DNA of 64,000 nt from Longimicrobiales bacterium (GCA_965202985.1 CBDBCF010000001.1:2016001-2080000), one strand, 5' to 3'; positions 27,088 through 37,776 are shown, counted from the stretch's first letter. Notes: generated by a model not told the origin, from the letters alone. Numbers and translations: made by a program.

Positions 27088-29322
27088 TTGATTGCCCTTG
27101 TTCTTGGCGGCGCGCGCGCCCAGGCGCAGGCCCAAGCTCAGGGGGCCGCCGACCAAGCAGGGATCGCCCCGGCGCCCGCCGTCGTCACCATTCCCCGGCT
27201 GGACGGCGCGATTCGGCTGGACGGTGTCGTGGACGAGCCGGCTTGGGAAGCGGTCGAGCCTTTCGTCATGACGATGTACACGCCCAACTTCGGCGGCGAA
27301 CTCACGGAGGCGACGGAGGTGCGGATGGCGCACGACGACCGCTTTCTCTACGTGTCGGGCCGGATGTACGACTCGGAGCCGGACCGCATCCGCACGAACA
27401 CCTTCTACCGGGATCAGTACAGCGGAGACGACATCATGGCCGTGGTCATCGACAGCTACAACGACTACAAGACGGCCGTGTGGTTCGTCACCAATCCGGC
27501 GGGCGTTCGCCAGGACCGCACGGTGTCCAACGACGCGCAGTTCACTTCGGGAAGGCCCATGAACGCGGACTGGAACTCGCACTGGGACGTGGCGACCAGC
27601 CGCAACGACGAGGGCTGGTTCGCGGAGTTCCGGATCCCGTTCTCGACGCTGGGGTTCCAGGTGTCCGGCGGCGAAACCACGATGGGTCTCATCGTCTACC
27701 GCCTGGTGGCGCGCAAGAACGAGCGACAGCTGTATCCCGCGATCGACCCCAAGTGGGGCGGACTGGGGTTCGCCAAACCGTCGCAAGCGCAGCGGATCGT
27801 GCTGCGGGACGTGCGCCAGTCCACGCCCGTCTACGTGACGCCGTACTCGTTGGGCGGTTTCGACCGCACACCGGCCCCCGACGCCGGTGGGCCGCCCGAC
27901 TACGATCCGACCGCCGAGGCCGGCCTCGACGTCAAGTACTCGCCCACGTCCAACTTGGCCTTGGACTTGACGCTCAACACCGATTTTGCACAAGTAGAAG
28001 CCGACGACCAGCAGATCAACTTGACGCGCTTTGCACTGTTCTTCCCGGAGAAGCGGCAGTTCTTCCAGGAGCGCGCGTCGACGTTCGACTTCAACACGGG
28101 CGGCTTCTTCAACCGCCTCTTTCACAGCCGGCAGATTGGGCTGGCGTCCGGCGAAGTCGTGCGCATCTACGGGGGTGCCCGCGCAGTGGGCCGGGCCGGC
28201 GGCACCGACTTCGGCTTCTTGAACATGCAAACGGCGGCCCACGGCGACCGGTCGTCGGAGAACATGGGCGTGCTGCGCGTGCGCCAGCAGGTGTTCAACC
28301 CGTACTCGACGGTGGGCGCCATGGCGACTACGCGCTTGGGCTCGCACGGCGAGAACAACATCGCCTATGGCCTGGACGCCGTGCTGCGGGTTGCGGGCGA
28401 CGAGTACCTGCTTGTGCAGTGGGCGCACACCTTCGACGAGGCGGCCAGTCAAGCGGGAGGCCTGGAGTCGGGCCTTGCCAGGGCCAGATGGGAACGCCGG
28501 CGCGACGAAGGCGTCTCCTATCACGGCGAAGTGGTGAGGGCCGGGCGCGACTACCTGCCGGGTCTGGGGTTCCAGTTGCGCAAGGACTTCACCTCCGCGG
28601 CGGGCCGGCTTCGCTACCGACGGTTCGTCGGCGCGCAGTCGCCGTTGCGCTCGTGGGCGGCCAACCTCAGCACCTCGCAGTACTTCCGCAACGACGACGG
28701 TGCGGCCGAGTCGCGAGAGTTCGCGCCCGAGATCGAGTTCGAGTTCAAGGGCGGCGCGCGGCTGACCACCGGCGTCACGTCCAGCTTCGAGAGCGTGCCC
28801 GACTCCTTTCCCATATCCGACGTGCACGTCCTGCCGGGCGACTACTGGTTTCACCAGGGCAACGCCATGCTCACGCTGGCCCGAAGCGACAACTTCCGGG
28901 GCCAGTTCAACGCGTCGGCCGGCAGCTTTTACGGCGGTCGCCTGCTGGGCATGGCCCTGAATCCGGTGTGGAACGCGTCCAAGTATCTGGAACTGGGTGC
29001 CGGCTACGAGGTCAACCGACTGACCTTCTCGGATCGAGACGTTGCGGCCACCGCCCACTTGGGCCGCGTGAAGGTGCAGACGGCGCTCAATCCCCGCGTG
29101 TCGATGACCACGTTTGCGCAGTACAACAGCGTTACCCGGAGCACCGCCGTGAACGCCCGTTTTCGCTATCACTTCCGCGAGGGCACCGACCTTTGGGTCG
29201 TGTACAACGAAGGCTTGGACCATGATGCGGCGGTGGGCGCGGGCGGGTCGCGCTTCGGTCGCGGCGTCCGGTCCACGGGCCGCACGCTGCTGGTCAAGTA
29301 CTCCCACGCCGTCGTCCGTTGA
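27088..29322 (+). CDS. DUF5916 family protein (CBM9-like N-terminus plus outer-membrane domain)
   Basis: IRLDGVVDEPAW, AEFRIPFSTL, NTDFAQVEAD, FFPEKRQFF; start uncertain. Confidence 0.88.
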   Translation: MIALVLGGARAQAQAQAQGAADQAGIAPAPAVVTIPRLDGAIRLDGVVDEPAWEAVEPFVMTMYTPNFGGELTEATEVRMAHDDRFLYVSGRMYDSEPDRIRTNTFYRDQYSGDDIMAVVIDSYNDYKTAVWFVTNPAGVRQDRTVSNDAQFTSGRPMNADWNSHWDVATSRNDEGWFAEFRIPFSTLGFQVSGGETTMGLIVYRLVARKNERQLYPAIDPKWGGLGFAKPSQAQRIVLRDVRQSTPVYVTPYSLGGFDRTPAPDAGGPPDYDPTAEAGLDVKYSPTSNLALDLTLNTDFAQVEADDQQINLTRFALFFPEKRQFFQERASTFDFNTGGFFNRLFHSRQIGLASGEVVRIYGGARAVGRAGGTDFGFLNMQTAAHGDRSSENMGVLRVRQQVFNPYSTVGAMATTRLGSHGENNIAYGLDAVLRVAGDEYLLVQWAHTFDEAASQAGGLESGLARARWERRRDEGVSYHGEVVRAGRDYLPGLGFQLRKDFTSAAGRLRYRRFVGAQSPLRSWAANLSTSQYFRNDDGAAESREFAPEIEFEFKGGARLTTGVTSSFESVPDSFPISDVHVLPGDYWFHQGNAMLTLARSDNFRGQFNASAGSFYGGRLLGMALNPVWNASKYLELGAGYEVNRLTFSDRDVAATAHLGRVKVQTALNPRVSMTTFAQYNSVTRSTAVNARFRYHFREGTDLWVVYNEGLDHDAAVGAGGSRFGRGVRSTGRTLLVKYSHAVVR

Positions 29323-30692
29323 CGCGAGGACGCCTGCCTGCCGCGGCCGCGGCTGCGGTGTTCCTGGCCGCCGTCTGGCCGGCTCCTGCGCTCCGGGACG
29401 CCGCCACGCATGCGCCCGTGCACTTTGCGCAATTGGAGACGCCGCCGGCCTACTTGATCGGCGCGCCGCTCTTCGGGCTCTGGGACACCTTGACGCTGTT
29501 GACTTGGCCCAGCCAACACGTGGCCGTGCTGGCGTCGCTGGCACTGATCTACCTGTTGCGTCGCATCTTCGCTCGCCGAGGCCGGGGCGGGTTCGTGCGC
29601 CGAGCCGCCGCCGAGGTGCTCCGAGCCGTTGTCGCACTGATCTGCCTGGTTGCATTCTACGTGGGCGGCATCCTGCTTCCGCGCCCCATGACCGGACTCC
29701 GGCTGGACGAACCGGAGCTCGTCGCCGTGGACTTCCACTCACATACGAACCACTCTCACGACGAAGCGTCCCGGGTGGTCGGCGAAGTCGATTTGGGACT
29801 GTTCGATCCCTTGCTCGCCCCGCTCTTCGACCGCTGGCCCACGTTCACCGTCGTCGCCAACCGGAGCTGGCACCAAGACGCAGGCTTCGGCGCGGCCTAC
29901 GTGACCGACCACTACACCTGGGCGGGCGTGGACGACGCGACCGCGAGCAATCCCGCGCGGCCGGGCGCCGCCGGTCACACGCTGCTGCTCAGCGGCGTCG
30001 AGCTGCGCCTAAGGGATCGCCACACCAACGCCCTGGGAGGACGCGAGCGCTATGTGTTTGCGCTGGACAGCACTTGGCACCACTTGGACGCCGATTCCCT
30101 GGCCGCCGACCAGGCACGCGGCGGACGCCCGCCCACCCTGCTGCACATCCTTGTCCGCGGCCGCCCGTTAGGGGAAGTCGTTGCGTTCGGCTCCGAGTCG
30201 CCGGCGGGAGCGGTCGGCATCGAGCTGTCCAATGGAGGATTGGAACTCGAACAGGTTCGGGCGGAACGCAGCGAGATACTGGCGCTGGCCGACTCGCTGG
30301 ACTTGGCCGTGGTCGCCGGCTCCAACCAGCACGGATGGAGTCGCACGGCCGTCGCGTGGAGCGTCATGGATGTCCCCGGTTGGCGGGACATGACGCCTCG
30401 GCGCATGGAAGACGCCATCGAGGCCGTGCTTCACGAAGAGCGTCGCGAAGCCGTCGTCGTCGTGGAGCGGCGGATGCCCTACCACGACGGGTCGTACGTG
30501 CTCATGGCCATCACACTGCCCTGGGTGCTGTGGGAGCACTTCCGAGTGCTGGCGCCGCCGGAGCGCATCTCGTGGCTGGCCTGGGCGGTGGTGGCCGTCT
30601 TGATCGCGCATGTCGTCCCCCGTCGAGAGCACCCTGACGGCGCCGAACGCCGAGCAGGCCGCGCCGGCCGGCCCGATTCCCGCCGCCGCTGA
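29319..30692 (+). CDS. membrane-anchored PHP-domain-like protein
   Basis: VDFHSHTNHSHD, VTDH, SGVE, GSNQHG metal-binding-like motifs; flanking TM helices. Confidence 0.7.
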   Translation: MTRGRLPAAAAAAVFLAAVWPAPALRDAATHAPVHFAQLETPPAYLIGAPLFGLWDTLTLLTWPSQHVAVLASLALIYLLRRIFARRGRGGFVRRAAAEVLRAVVALICLVAFYVGGILLPRPMTGLRLDEPELVAVDFHSHTNHSHDEASRVVGEVDLGLFDPLLAPLFDRWPTFTVVANRSWHQDAGFGAAYVTDHYTWAGVDDATASNPARPGAAGHTLLLSGVELRLRDRHTNALGGRERYVFALDSTWHHLDADSLAADQARGGRPPTLLHILVRGRPLGEVVAFGSESPAGAVGIELSNGGLELEQVRAERSEILALADSLDLAVVAGSNQHGWSRTAVAWSVMDVPGWRDMTPRRMEDAIEAVLHEERREAVVVVERRMPYHDGSYVLMAITLPWVLWEHFRVLAPPERISWLAWAVVAVLIAHVVPRREHPDGAERRAGRAGRPDSRRR

Positions 30693-30703
30693 CACGCCAG
30701 ACC

Positions 30704-31330
30704 ATGTTCGGCGTCTATCTGCGCCTGGGCTTCGAGCACCTGCTGGACTTTCGGGCGTACGACCACCTGCTGTTCCTGGCCGTCCTGTGCGCCCCCTATC
30801 CGCCGGCTCGCTGGCGCGAGCTGCTCGTGTTGGTCACGGCGTTCACGGTTGGCCATTCCGTATCCCTGGCCTTTGCTACCTTGGGCTGGGTTCGCTTGGA
30901 CGGCGATGTGGTGGAGTACCTCATCCTGGCCACGATCGCCGCCACCGCAGCGGGCAACTTGGTGCTGGCGGCGCGGGCGCCATCGGCGATGCCAGGAGGC
31001 GAGGCAGGTCCAGCAGTCGGTGTGCGTTCGCGCTGGTCGCTCTCCCGCTATGTGGCGGCCGTCGTGTTCGGGGTCGTCCACGGCTTGGGGTTCTCCACCT
31101 TCCTGCGGCTGGCCTTGGGCGCCGAGCGAAGCCTGTTCCTGCCGCTGCTGTCGTTCAACGTCGGCCTGGAGCTTGCCCAAGTCGCGGCGGTCGGCCTGCT
31201 GCTGGCCTTGGCGTTTGCGGCGACAAAGGTATTGCGCACGCCGCCCGGCGCCTGGAACGCCACCGTATCCGTGACGGGAGGCGCGTGGGCGCTGGCACTG
31301 GCGGCGTCGCGACTGCTGTTCGGGGTTTGA
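30704..31330 (+). CDS. HupE/UreJ family membrane protein
   Basis: GFEHLL, YDHLLFL, TAFTVGHS, GVVHGLGF, FNVGLELAQ. Confidence 0.92.
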   Translation: MFGVYLRLGFEHLLDFRAYDHLLFLAVLCAPYPPARWRELLVLVTAFTVGHSVSLAFATLGWVRLDGDVVEYLILATIAATAAGNLVLAARAPSAMPGGEAGPAVGVRSRWSLSRYVAAVVFGVVHGLGFSTFLRLALGAERSLFLPLLSFNVGLELAQVAAVGLLLALAFAATKVLRTPPGAWNATVSVTGGAWALALAASRLLFGV

Positions 31331-31397
31331 GGGCGATGCAACGAGACCCGTCGAACAACGGGAGATTTGGCGGGCGAAGCGAAGCAATGGGATCCAT

Positions 31398-31437
31398 GTG
31401 ACAGATTCTCGGACAAATTCATGGAGGAATCTGTCAC
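31398..31437. repeat. 40-bp palindromic element E1 (GTGACAGATTC-N18-GAATCTGTCAC)
   Basis: Perfect 11-bp inverted arms; supplies the helicase stop codon; related to the element at 48797-48838. Confidence 0.75.
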
Positions 31438-34400
31438 GACACTGCCGTTGCCGGGCCACCCACCGCCATCCAGCAGACCACGCCCACATCGTCGGTGGTG
31501 ACGGGCCGGCGCTCCGGGGGCGGTTCCACGACTCGGAGGCCGAAAGAGCGGACGACTTCGGCGATGCGGAGGGCGGCGTCGCTGCGGGTGATTTCGTTGC
31601 GCTCGGTCTGGCGCTTTATCTCGCCCAGCGCTCGGCGAACGGGCTGGTTGCGGCCGACGCCCAAGGCCTGATAGGCGGTCTCGCCGCCGGGGGGTAGGGT
31701 GACCGACGGGTCGGCGAGCAGGGTCTGGGCCCAGGCTTGGATTTTGCCGACGGAACGAGACCGGGAGCCGGCGGCGGCTTGGCCTCCGGGCTGGCCTCCG
31801 GGCATCGCGAGGGCGTTGTGCTCCTCGACGATTGAGCGGGCCGCCCGCTCCCACGCCGCTTCCAAGTCGATATCCGTTGGGGCTTCCACGCCGGGCGCAG
31901 AGCCCGGGTCGATGCGACGGAGGATCGCCGCGGGCTCGACGAGCACGTTGTCGGCGTCCACGTAGCGCCAGTAGCGTTCGCCCTCGACACGGCAGGCGAA
32001 GAAGACGCCGGGCGCACCGGACGACGGGACGCCAGGGCCTTGCCGGAACGCCGCGCCGACGCCCCACGGCAACTTGCGCAATTCGTCGCCCCTTCCTTCC
32101 GCAAGCTCCCGACCAAGCTCGGCTCGGAGAACCTCGTTGTTGGGGCCGTGCGCCCGCGCCGCGCCGTCGGGGCCGCCCAGGCCGTTTGCGCCGTCCGCGC
32201 CCGCTTTCGCGCCCCCTTCGGCCTCGTCCAGCAGGGTCTCGTCGCCCGCGGCCAAGCGGGCCGCGTAGGCGCGCATCTCGTCGTCGGCGTCGTCCACGAC
32301 CTGCACTTCCATGCCGAAGGGCCGCGCGGCCATGATCTTGCGGCGGATCGCGCGCTCCAGCTTCAAGATCACCTCCAGGTCGCCCGGCTCGGGCAGCATG
32401 GTGGTCAGGTGCACGTCGGCGTGGGGGCTCTTCAAACGGATGACGCGACCGTAGCGCTGCACCATGCGCTGCGGGTTCCACGGCATGTCGTAGCTGACCA
32501 CGGCCGCCGCTTGTTGCAGGTTCTGGCCCTCGGACAGGACGTCGTTGCTCAGCAGCAGGTCCACTTCGCCGTCGGGCGGCCGGTAGCCGGGGCGCACCAC
32601 GGTATCGGGGCAGAAGCGCGACAACATGGCGGTGCGCTGATCGGGGTTCGTCTCGGCGCCCACCACGGTCACGCGGTTGCGGCCAGCGACGGACTCGGGC
32701 AGGTGCTCGTCCAGGTAGCGAACCGTGTCGGCGAAGGTGGTGAAGACGGCCACCTTCTTGGACGGTGCCCCCTCCAGCACGCGACGCAGAAGGGCGAGCT
32801 TGGGGTCGTCCTCGGGGCGCAGCGCGGCCAGGCGCGCCTGGATCTGCTCCAGCAGGGCGGCGTCGTGCTCCACATGGTCGCGAAAGGCCGGGTCGTAGTC
32901 GCCGACGGGTCCCGCGTCGCTGTCGTCTTCAAGCGCTTCCTCCACCCACTGGGCCAGGGCGGACTCGTCCAACTCGCCGTGCGCGGCGCGAAGGGACTTG
33001 CGGCCCAGCACCCGTCCCGCGTCCCACGCCTCCAAGAACGCCCGGTGCGCGTTCAGCATCCGCCCGACGGTGAGCAGGCAGGCGTGCCAGCACGACTCCA
33101 GGCGCTTGAGCACGCCGGACCGTAGGAGGGCGCTGATCACGACTTCGCGCTGTTCGAGGGCGCGGGTCCGGTGGTAGCGGCTCCGGCAGTAGCGGGCCAT
33201 GTGCAAGGCGTCGATGCGCTCGGCGACGTAGGTGGCTAGGCCCGTGGGCGCGTCGTGCTGCTGGTCGCGGGGCTCGGCGTCGTGGCCTCGGCCTGGGTCG
33301 GCGTAGTCCAGGTCGTAGCGCTCGGTGGTCAGGTGCGGCTTGGGGAAGGTCACCGGCGTGCCGTCGGGAAAGACGGCGTCGGGGTACTCGCGCACGATGA
33401 ACCCCCGATCCCGACGCACGCTCACCATGTCGGCCAGCCCGAAGAGAAGGTCCGGGTTGAGGTTCTGGGCGTCGTGCTGGTTGGCGCCGGCGCGCAGGAA
33501 CAAGGTTGAAAGCGACGGGATGCCTTCGCCTTCGAACGCTCGGTCGTGGCGGGCGAACGCCATCACCAAGTGGTACAGGTCCCAGAGCCCGTTGTTGATC
33601 GGCGTGGCGGTGAGCAGGACCAGGTCCTTGGGCTGGCCGCCCAGCAGACGCGAGAGCGCGCCGTACCAAGTGGTGCTCGGGTTGCGGAGCGCGTGGGCCT
33701 CGTCGAACACGATCAGCCGATAGGCGTCCTTGTCGTTGGCCAGCGCCGGCTTGCCGGGGGCGCGTCCCGGACCGGCCAGTCCGAGCCCGGCCAGCTGCGG
33801 ATCGCCCGCGAACTCCTGATAGCTGACGACTTGTGCGGGCAGCCGCGTCTGGTGCAGTCGATCCTGCCAGTGGTCGCGAAGCTGGGCCGGCACCACGAGC
33901 AGGATGTGCTGGCCGCGCCGGACGGCGTACTCCTCCACGAATGCAAGGCCGATCTCCGTCTTGCCCGTGCCCACGCCGTCGGCGTACACGACACCGTGGC
34001 GGCGGCGGACGATGGCGAGCGCGCGCCGGAAGCCGTCGTCCTGGAAGGGTGCCAGCTTGACGGCGCTGGGGGACGGAAGGTCGTCGTCCTCGTCCAAGTC
34101 GTCGCCCAGAAGCTCCAGCAGCGCGCGCAGGTAGACGGTGCGGGGGTCGAGAAGGCCGGGGTCGGGAAAGAGCAGCTCGCGAAGCCGCTCCTTGAAGTCG
34201 TCCGATTCCTCCCACAGCCCATCGAACCATTGCACCGCCCGCTGGGCCACGGGCGGATCGTAGTGGACCAGTCCCAGCTCCAGGTTCCGCCACATGCCGG
34301 CCGACGTCAGGTTGGCGGAGGTCACCAGCGCGGCTCGCGCGTCGCCGGCGTCGCCGAACAAGTACGCCTTCCCGTGAAGAAACTTGTGCACGTAGCGCCG

Positions 34401-34763
34401 CACCGCCACGTCGGGCCGATCCAGCCACTCCTTCACGGCGAGCAACTGTTGCAGCGCCCGGCTGGGCGGAAAGCGCGACAGGTCCCGTTGGTCGCCGAGC
34501 GCCAGCAGCGTCCGTTCGAAGAGGGTGGCCGGGACTTCGTCGCCGATCCCGGTGGGCATGGTGCCCAGCAGTAGGCGCGTTCCGCGATCTCGGTCTTCGA
34601 CCAGCGCGGCCAGGTGGCGCAGCCCGCCCAGGTTCACGTACCCCGTGGCGACGGAGAGGCCGTGGCGGTCGTCAAAGTCGGCGGCGAGGTAGGACAGCGC
34701 CTCGCCGTGGTGGGTGGCGTCGGCTTGGTTGTCGAGGAGGGAGGGGCGTTGGGTCGAAGGCAC
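31434..34763 (-). CDS. SNF2-family helicase with N-terminal phospholipase D-like (nuclease) domain
   Basis: ATGYVN, LHGKAYLFGD, TSANLT, NLELG (PLD-like); ADGVGTGKT, DEAH, LTATP, SEGQNLQ, WNPQRMVQRYGR (SF2). Confidence 0.92.
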   Translation of the reverse strand: MPSTQRPSLLDNQADATHHGEALSYLAADFDDRHGLSVATGYVNLGGLRHLAALVEDRDRGTRLLLGTMPTGIGDEVPATLFERTLLALGDQRDLSRFPPSRALQQLLAVKEWLDRPDVAVRRYVHKFLHGKAYLFGDAGDARAALVTSANLTSAGMWRNLELGLVHYDPPVAQRAVQWFDGLWEESDDFKERLRELLFPDPGLLDPRTVYLRALLELLGDDLDEDDDLPSPSAVKLAPFQDDGFRRALAIVRRRHGVVYADGVGTGKTEIGLAFVEEYAVRRGQHILLVVPAQLRDHWQDRLHQTRLPAQVVSYQEFAGDPQLAGLGLAGPGRAPGKPALANDKDAYRLIVFDEAHALRNPSTTWYGALSRLLGGQPKDLVLLTATPINNGLWDLYHLVMAFARHDRAFEGEGIPSLSTLFLRAGANQHDAQNLNPDLLFGLADMVSVRRDRGFIVREYPDAVFPDGTPVTFPKPHLTTERYDLDYADPGRGHDAEPRDQQHDAPTGLATYVAERIDALHMARYCRSRYHRTRALEQREVVISALLRSGVLKRLESCWHACLLTVGRMLNAHRAFLEAWDAGRVLGRKSLRAAHGELDESALAQWVEEALEDDSDAGPVGDYDPAFRDHVEHDAALLEQIQARLAALRPEDDPKLALLRRVLEGAPSKKVAVFTTFADTVRYLDEHLPESVAGRNRVTVVGAETNPDQRTAMLSRFCPDTVVRPGYRPPDGEVDLLLSNDVLSEGQNLQQAAAVVSYDMPWNPQRMVQRYGRVIRLKSPHADVHLTTMLPEPGDLEVILKLERAIRRKIMAARPFGMEVQVVDDADDEMRAYAARLAAGDETLLDEAEGGAKAGADGANGLGGPDGAARAHGPNNEVLRAELGRELAEGRGDELRKLPWGVGAAFRQGPGVPSSGAPGVFFACRVEGERYWRYVDADNVLVEPAAILRRIDPGSAPGVEAPTDIDLEAAWERAARSIVEEHNALAMPGGQPGGQAAAGSRSRSVGKIQAWAQTLLADPSVTLPPGGETAYQALGVGRNQPVRRALGEIKRQTERNEITRSDAALRIAEVVRSFGLRVVEPPPERRPVTTDDVGVVCWMAVGGPATAVS

Positions 34764-35432
34764 TACCGGGGAGCTCCGAGTTGTCTCAGGCGTTCGCGTC
34801 CCGCCGGCGTGAGGCGGTATCGCTGCTTGCTGCTGCGCGGCTTGTCCGGGATCGTCATTTCGGTCAGTCCGGCTTGCAGAGCAGGGAGCAGGTAGGCTTC
34901 GCGGAAATGGATCCGATGTCTGAGGCCGAGAGCCTCTTGGATGCCCCGCGTGGTCATTTCTCCCGACATCGCCCGGAGCAATCGGACTTCAAGGCCAACG
35001 TCCCCGGCAACTTGTTCGGTTGTGCCTCCAACTTGTTCGGTGGCTTGATCGGTCACTTGTTCGGTCGAATCTTCGACTTGTTCGGTCACTTGTTCGGCAG
35101 CGTCCTCAACTTGATCGGTGAGGTCCCGGTGACTTTTCGGGCGCCTCGCGGGCCGCCCCCCTTCTCGCACGACCGGACGCACTTTCGGGTTCGGTCGGAA
35201 GGTGACGGTGACGAAGCGATCCACGTCGAAACTCTGGTTCCGGGCAGTCCTGCTGTCGGGTGCCGTCCCGGATGCGGCGGATGTCGAGCCGGCCGTGATG
35301 CCGGACAACCGCATCCAGCTGTCGAACTTCTCGCAGTCGAAATCTTCTGGATAGCTGAAGCGTGGACAGGGAGACAGGTCGAACCGAATGGCGCCCTCGG
35401 CCTGACAAAAACTCGCGGATCTCGTCACGATT
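34763..35432 (-). pseudogene. remnant of an AlbA/RecG-like ATP-binding regulator with a Fic-associated C-terminal HTH and TEQV repeats
   Basis: C-terminus GLRHRIHFREAYLLPAL...MTIPDKPRSSKQRYRLT. At the 5' end RDEIREF and QAEGAIRFD lie in different frames across a T-run at about 35407-35411. The central domain appears to be missing. Confidence 0.6.
35010..35119. repeat. coding repeat (ACTTGTTCGGT-like units encoding TEQV/TDQV)
   Basis: About seven copies of CTTG(T/A)TCGG with 12- or 21-bp spacing. Confidence 0.75.
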
Positions 35433-35889
35433 CGTCTTCTGCGTCACGGCGCCGACGGCCACTCTTCGGCCCTTCTGCTTCGCCGTTGGGATCCTCCGCC
35501 GAGTAGTGAGCGCGCGGCTCCCGCACCCCAGCGCCTGGAACCACGTCCACCCCGGTGCCGGGCTGGCCGGCGCCTCCGAGACGTCGAGGGTACGACCGTT
35601 CGTCCACCTTGGTGCTCAAGGAACCGACGACGGCCTTCATATCGCCAAGCGAAGCCGTGACCTCTCGGTGGTTCTCGTCGACTCGGTCCTCCAGCCGCTC
35701 GATCCGGCGGCTGATCTCTTGCTTCATGCTGCCGATCTGCTCCGCGAGCCGCTTCTCTCCCGCTTCGCGTCGCTGCTCCGCCTCCTGCTGTTCTCTGCGC
35801 CTGTCGGCCTTTGCTGCTCGATGCACGCCAAGGGCAGATACCGCAATCGCCACGATCGTCCAAAAATCACCGTTGGAGAAAATCTCCAT
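35425..35889 (-). CDS. hypothetical protein, N-terminal TM plus coiled coil
   Basis: AAAGGA RBS; FWTIVAIAVSALGV hydrophobic stretch followed by charged heptads. Confidence 0.7.
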   Translation of the reverse strand: MEIFSNGDFWTIVAIAVSALGVHRAAKADRRREQQEAEQRREAGEKRLAEQIGSMKQEISRRIERLEDRVDENHREVTASLGDMKAVVGSLSTKVDERSYPRRLGGAGQPGTGVDVVPGAGVREPRAHYSAEDPNGEAEGPKSGRRRRDAEDES

Positions 35890-36044
35890 CGTGCTGTCCT
35901 TTCACTTGGGGGTCGGGCCGCCGGCGGGGCCGCTCTCGGTTCGGGTTCGCTGCGCCTCCCAATCTACATCGAGAAACGGCTCGGACGAACACTCGTGGGC
36001 AGAAGACCTGAGATTTGGGACGCCCGGCACGTGCGGACCACGGC

Positions 36045-37070
36045 TCATTCGAGCAACGCCGGTTGGGCGGTGCGAGCCGCAGCTTTGGCGCGTGGTTCAG
36101 GACGCCCGAGCCGCCGCACTAGCGCTGGCGAGAGATACAGGGACTCGACGGTTTCGCGGGCTTGACCCAGCAATGTGGCTTGAGTTGACCTTCCAGCCGA
36201 GACGTAGATGTGATGCAGCCGAAGGACCCCAGGCAGCGCCTTGCCGTGTGTCTTTTCGCCGGTCCAGCCGTCGTAGCTAACGACGTAGGACAACTCCAGC
36301 TTGTTCATTGTGCGTAGCGTGCCAACGAACTCGTCGTAGTCGACGCCATTGCAATAACGTCTGTCTCGCGCTTGCGAAGTGCCTTGGTATGGTGGGTCGA
36401 AGTAGACGAGATCCTCCGGCGTGGATGTCAGTGCTACTCGTCGATAGTCCGTTGCCGACAAGGATGTTCGGCCTGCCAGCAACCGGTGTACGCCGAGTAT
36501 TTGCCGTCTCATGACCGAAGGCCTCATTCCGGCTCGACGGTTGTCGGGACTCTGGTTGAAAGCTCCGTCGGCGTTGTACCGGACCGACCCCTTCACGATT
36601 CGAGCCAGAAGATAGAGAAGATGGCTCGGCTGATGGGATTCGTTGAACTCCCTGCGCACGCCGAAGAAAAACTCCTTCATGTAGGGCTGCTGATCGCGCC
36701 ACAGGCGAGCGTAGTCGGCAACGAGTTGTTCGGGCCTCTCCACAATCTCCCTCCAAAGGGCCATCAGAGGCGCGTTGAGGTCGTTGATCCAAAAACGCCT
36801 TGCCAACCCATGGGTCGCGGCGGCGATCGACACGGCGGCCGAGCCGCAGCAGGGCTCCACCACCCGATCGAGGCCCGGCGGAAAGTACGGCAGGATGAAC
36901 TTGGCGATTCCCCGCTTGCTCCCCTGGTAGGGGAACGGGTGCGGGGCCGCCGGACCGGCCCTGGTCTTCGCTTCCAACCTGCTGATGTTTCCGTCGCTCC
37001 TTCCTGGGGCACGTCGCGTCTCATCGAACCGGTACCGTCCGTAGTCCCCGGCCGGCTTCTGACGCGGCAT
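36045..37070 (-). CDS. DNA adenine methyltransferase, Dam/D12 class (no cognate endonuclease seen)
   Basis: PFPYQGSKR, VEPCCGSAAV, WINDLN, LVYFDPPY; AGGAGG RBS 8 nt before ATG 37070. Confidence 0.92.
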   Translation of the reverse strand: MPRQKPAGDYGRYRFDETRRAPGRSDGNISRLEAKTRAGPAAPHPFPYQGSKRGIAKFILPYFPPGLDRVVEPCCGSAAVSIAAATHGLARRFWINDLNAPLMALWREIVERPEQLVADYARLWRDQQPYMKEFFFGVRREFNESHQPSHLLYLLARIVKGSVRYNADGAFNQSPDNRRAGMRPSVMRRQILGVHRLLAGRTSLSATDYRRVALTSTPEDLVYFDPPYQGTSQARDRRYCNGVDYDEFVGTLRTMNKLELSYVVSYDGWTGEKTHGKALPGVLRLHHIYVSAGRSTQATLLGQARETVESLYLSPALVRRLGRPEPRAKAAARTAQPALLE

Positions 37071-37106
37071 CGCGAGCACCTCCTACTAATCTGGTGTCCT
37101 GGGCGC

Positions 37107-37153
37107 GAAGGGCAAGAAGTACACCTCCCCTTCTCAACCTTATCTTGCCCTTC
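37107..37153. promoter_or_regulatory. inverted repeat upstream of the Dam-like MTase
   Basis: GAAGGGCAAGA-N25-TCTTGCCCTTC, perfect 11-bp arms. Confidence 0.5.
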
Positions 37154-37320
37154 TCGCCGCCACTCCACAGGTCGTCCGGGCGCGTTGTGAGAAATGCGGG
37201 CTAAGTCCAGCCCCGATCTCGGGTCCGACACCTAACGGAGCAGTACTTCATCAAGGTCAACATTGAGGCCGAGACGGCGGCGAGCCTAGCCCGCACGATG
37301 ATTCTTCCGGCGGCGGTCCG

Positions 37321-37644
37321 CCCCGGAGCTGCCGGTTCACGGCTCGGGGCCCGACCTGTCCACCGCCACCGGCGCGCCCAACTTCCGCCAAGTCGGCGAC
37401 GTGACGATCACCGGTTTCTTCGAGCAGGTGGAGTTGGACTACGACATCACCGGCACCGTCGACTGGGAGCCCGGTTCGCCCGCCCACCGGGCAAGTGCTC
37501 CTTGGACCTGGACCTGACGGGAAAGGTTGATGTGCCGGGCATCGCGGCGACCGACTCGGTGACGATCCTCCGGAGCGCGCTGTCGGGCACCCCTGCGAAG
37601 AGGCCGTCAGCCTGCCGCTGGTGGAGACCATCCACTCGAACTGA
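37321..37644 (+). pseudogene. frameshifted 3' half of a paralog of the 37777-38400 lipoprotein
   Basis: DNA colinear with about 38080-38400 (for example GGCAAGTGCTC...GACCTGAC, CTGTCGGGCAC), with several indels. Confidence 0.75.
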
Positions 37645-37776
37645 GGGCGGGGCAACCGGGCCTGCCCGCGCGGCCCGTGGGGTTCCGGGGGAACCTTTTT
37701 CGCGAACGGCGGGTATGAAAGATGTGTCGCGGCGCTCCGCCTCCGACGCCGGAACCGAGAACGAAAGGAAATCGAG

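Noticed and set aside
5034..31805. Short in-frame duplications (about 5034-5070 AQVQSH x2; about 25148-25183 ADGAG x2; about 31776-31805 PGGQ x2)
   Set aside because: Ordinary slippage in disordered linkers.
35010..35119. Repeat cluster as CRISPR or operator array
   Set aside because: The spacing is a multiple of 3 and encodes a TEQV low-complexity linker.
37195..37295. 9-bp inverted repeat TGCGGGCTA...TAGCCCGCA as a MITE
   Set aside because: Short and GC-rich, with no target duplication and no second copy seen.
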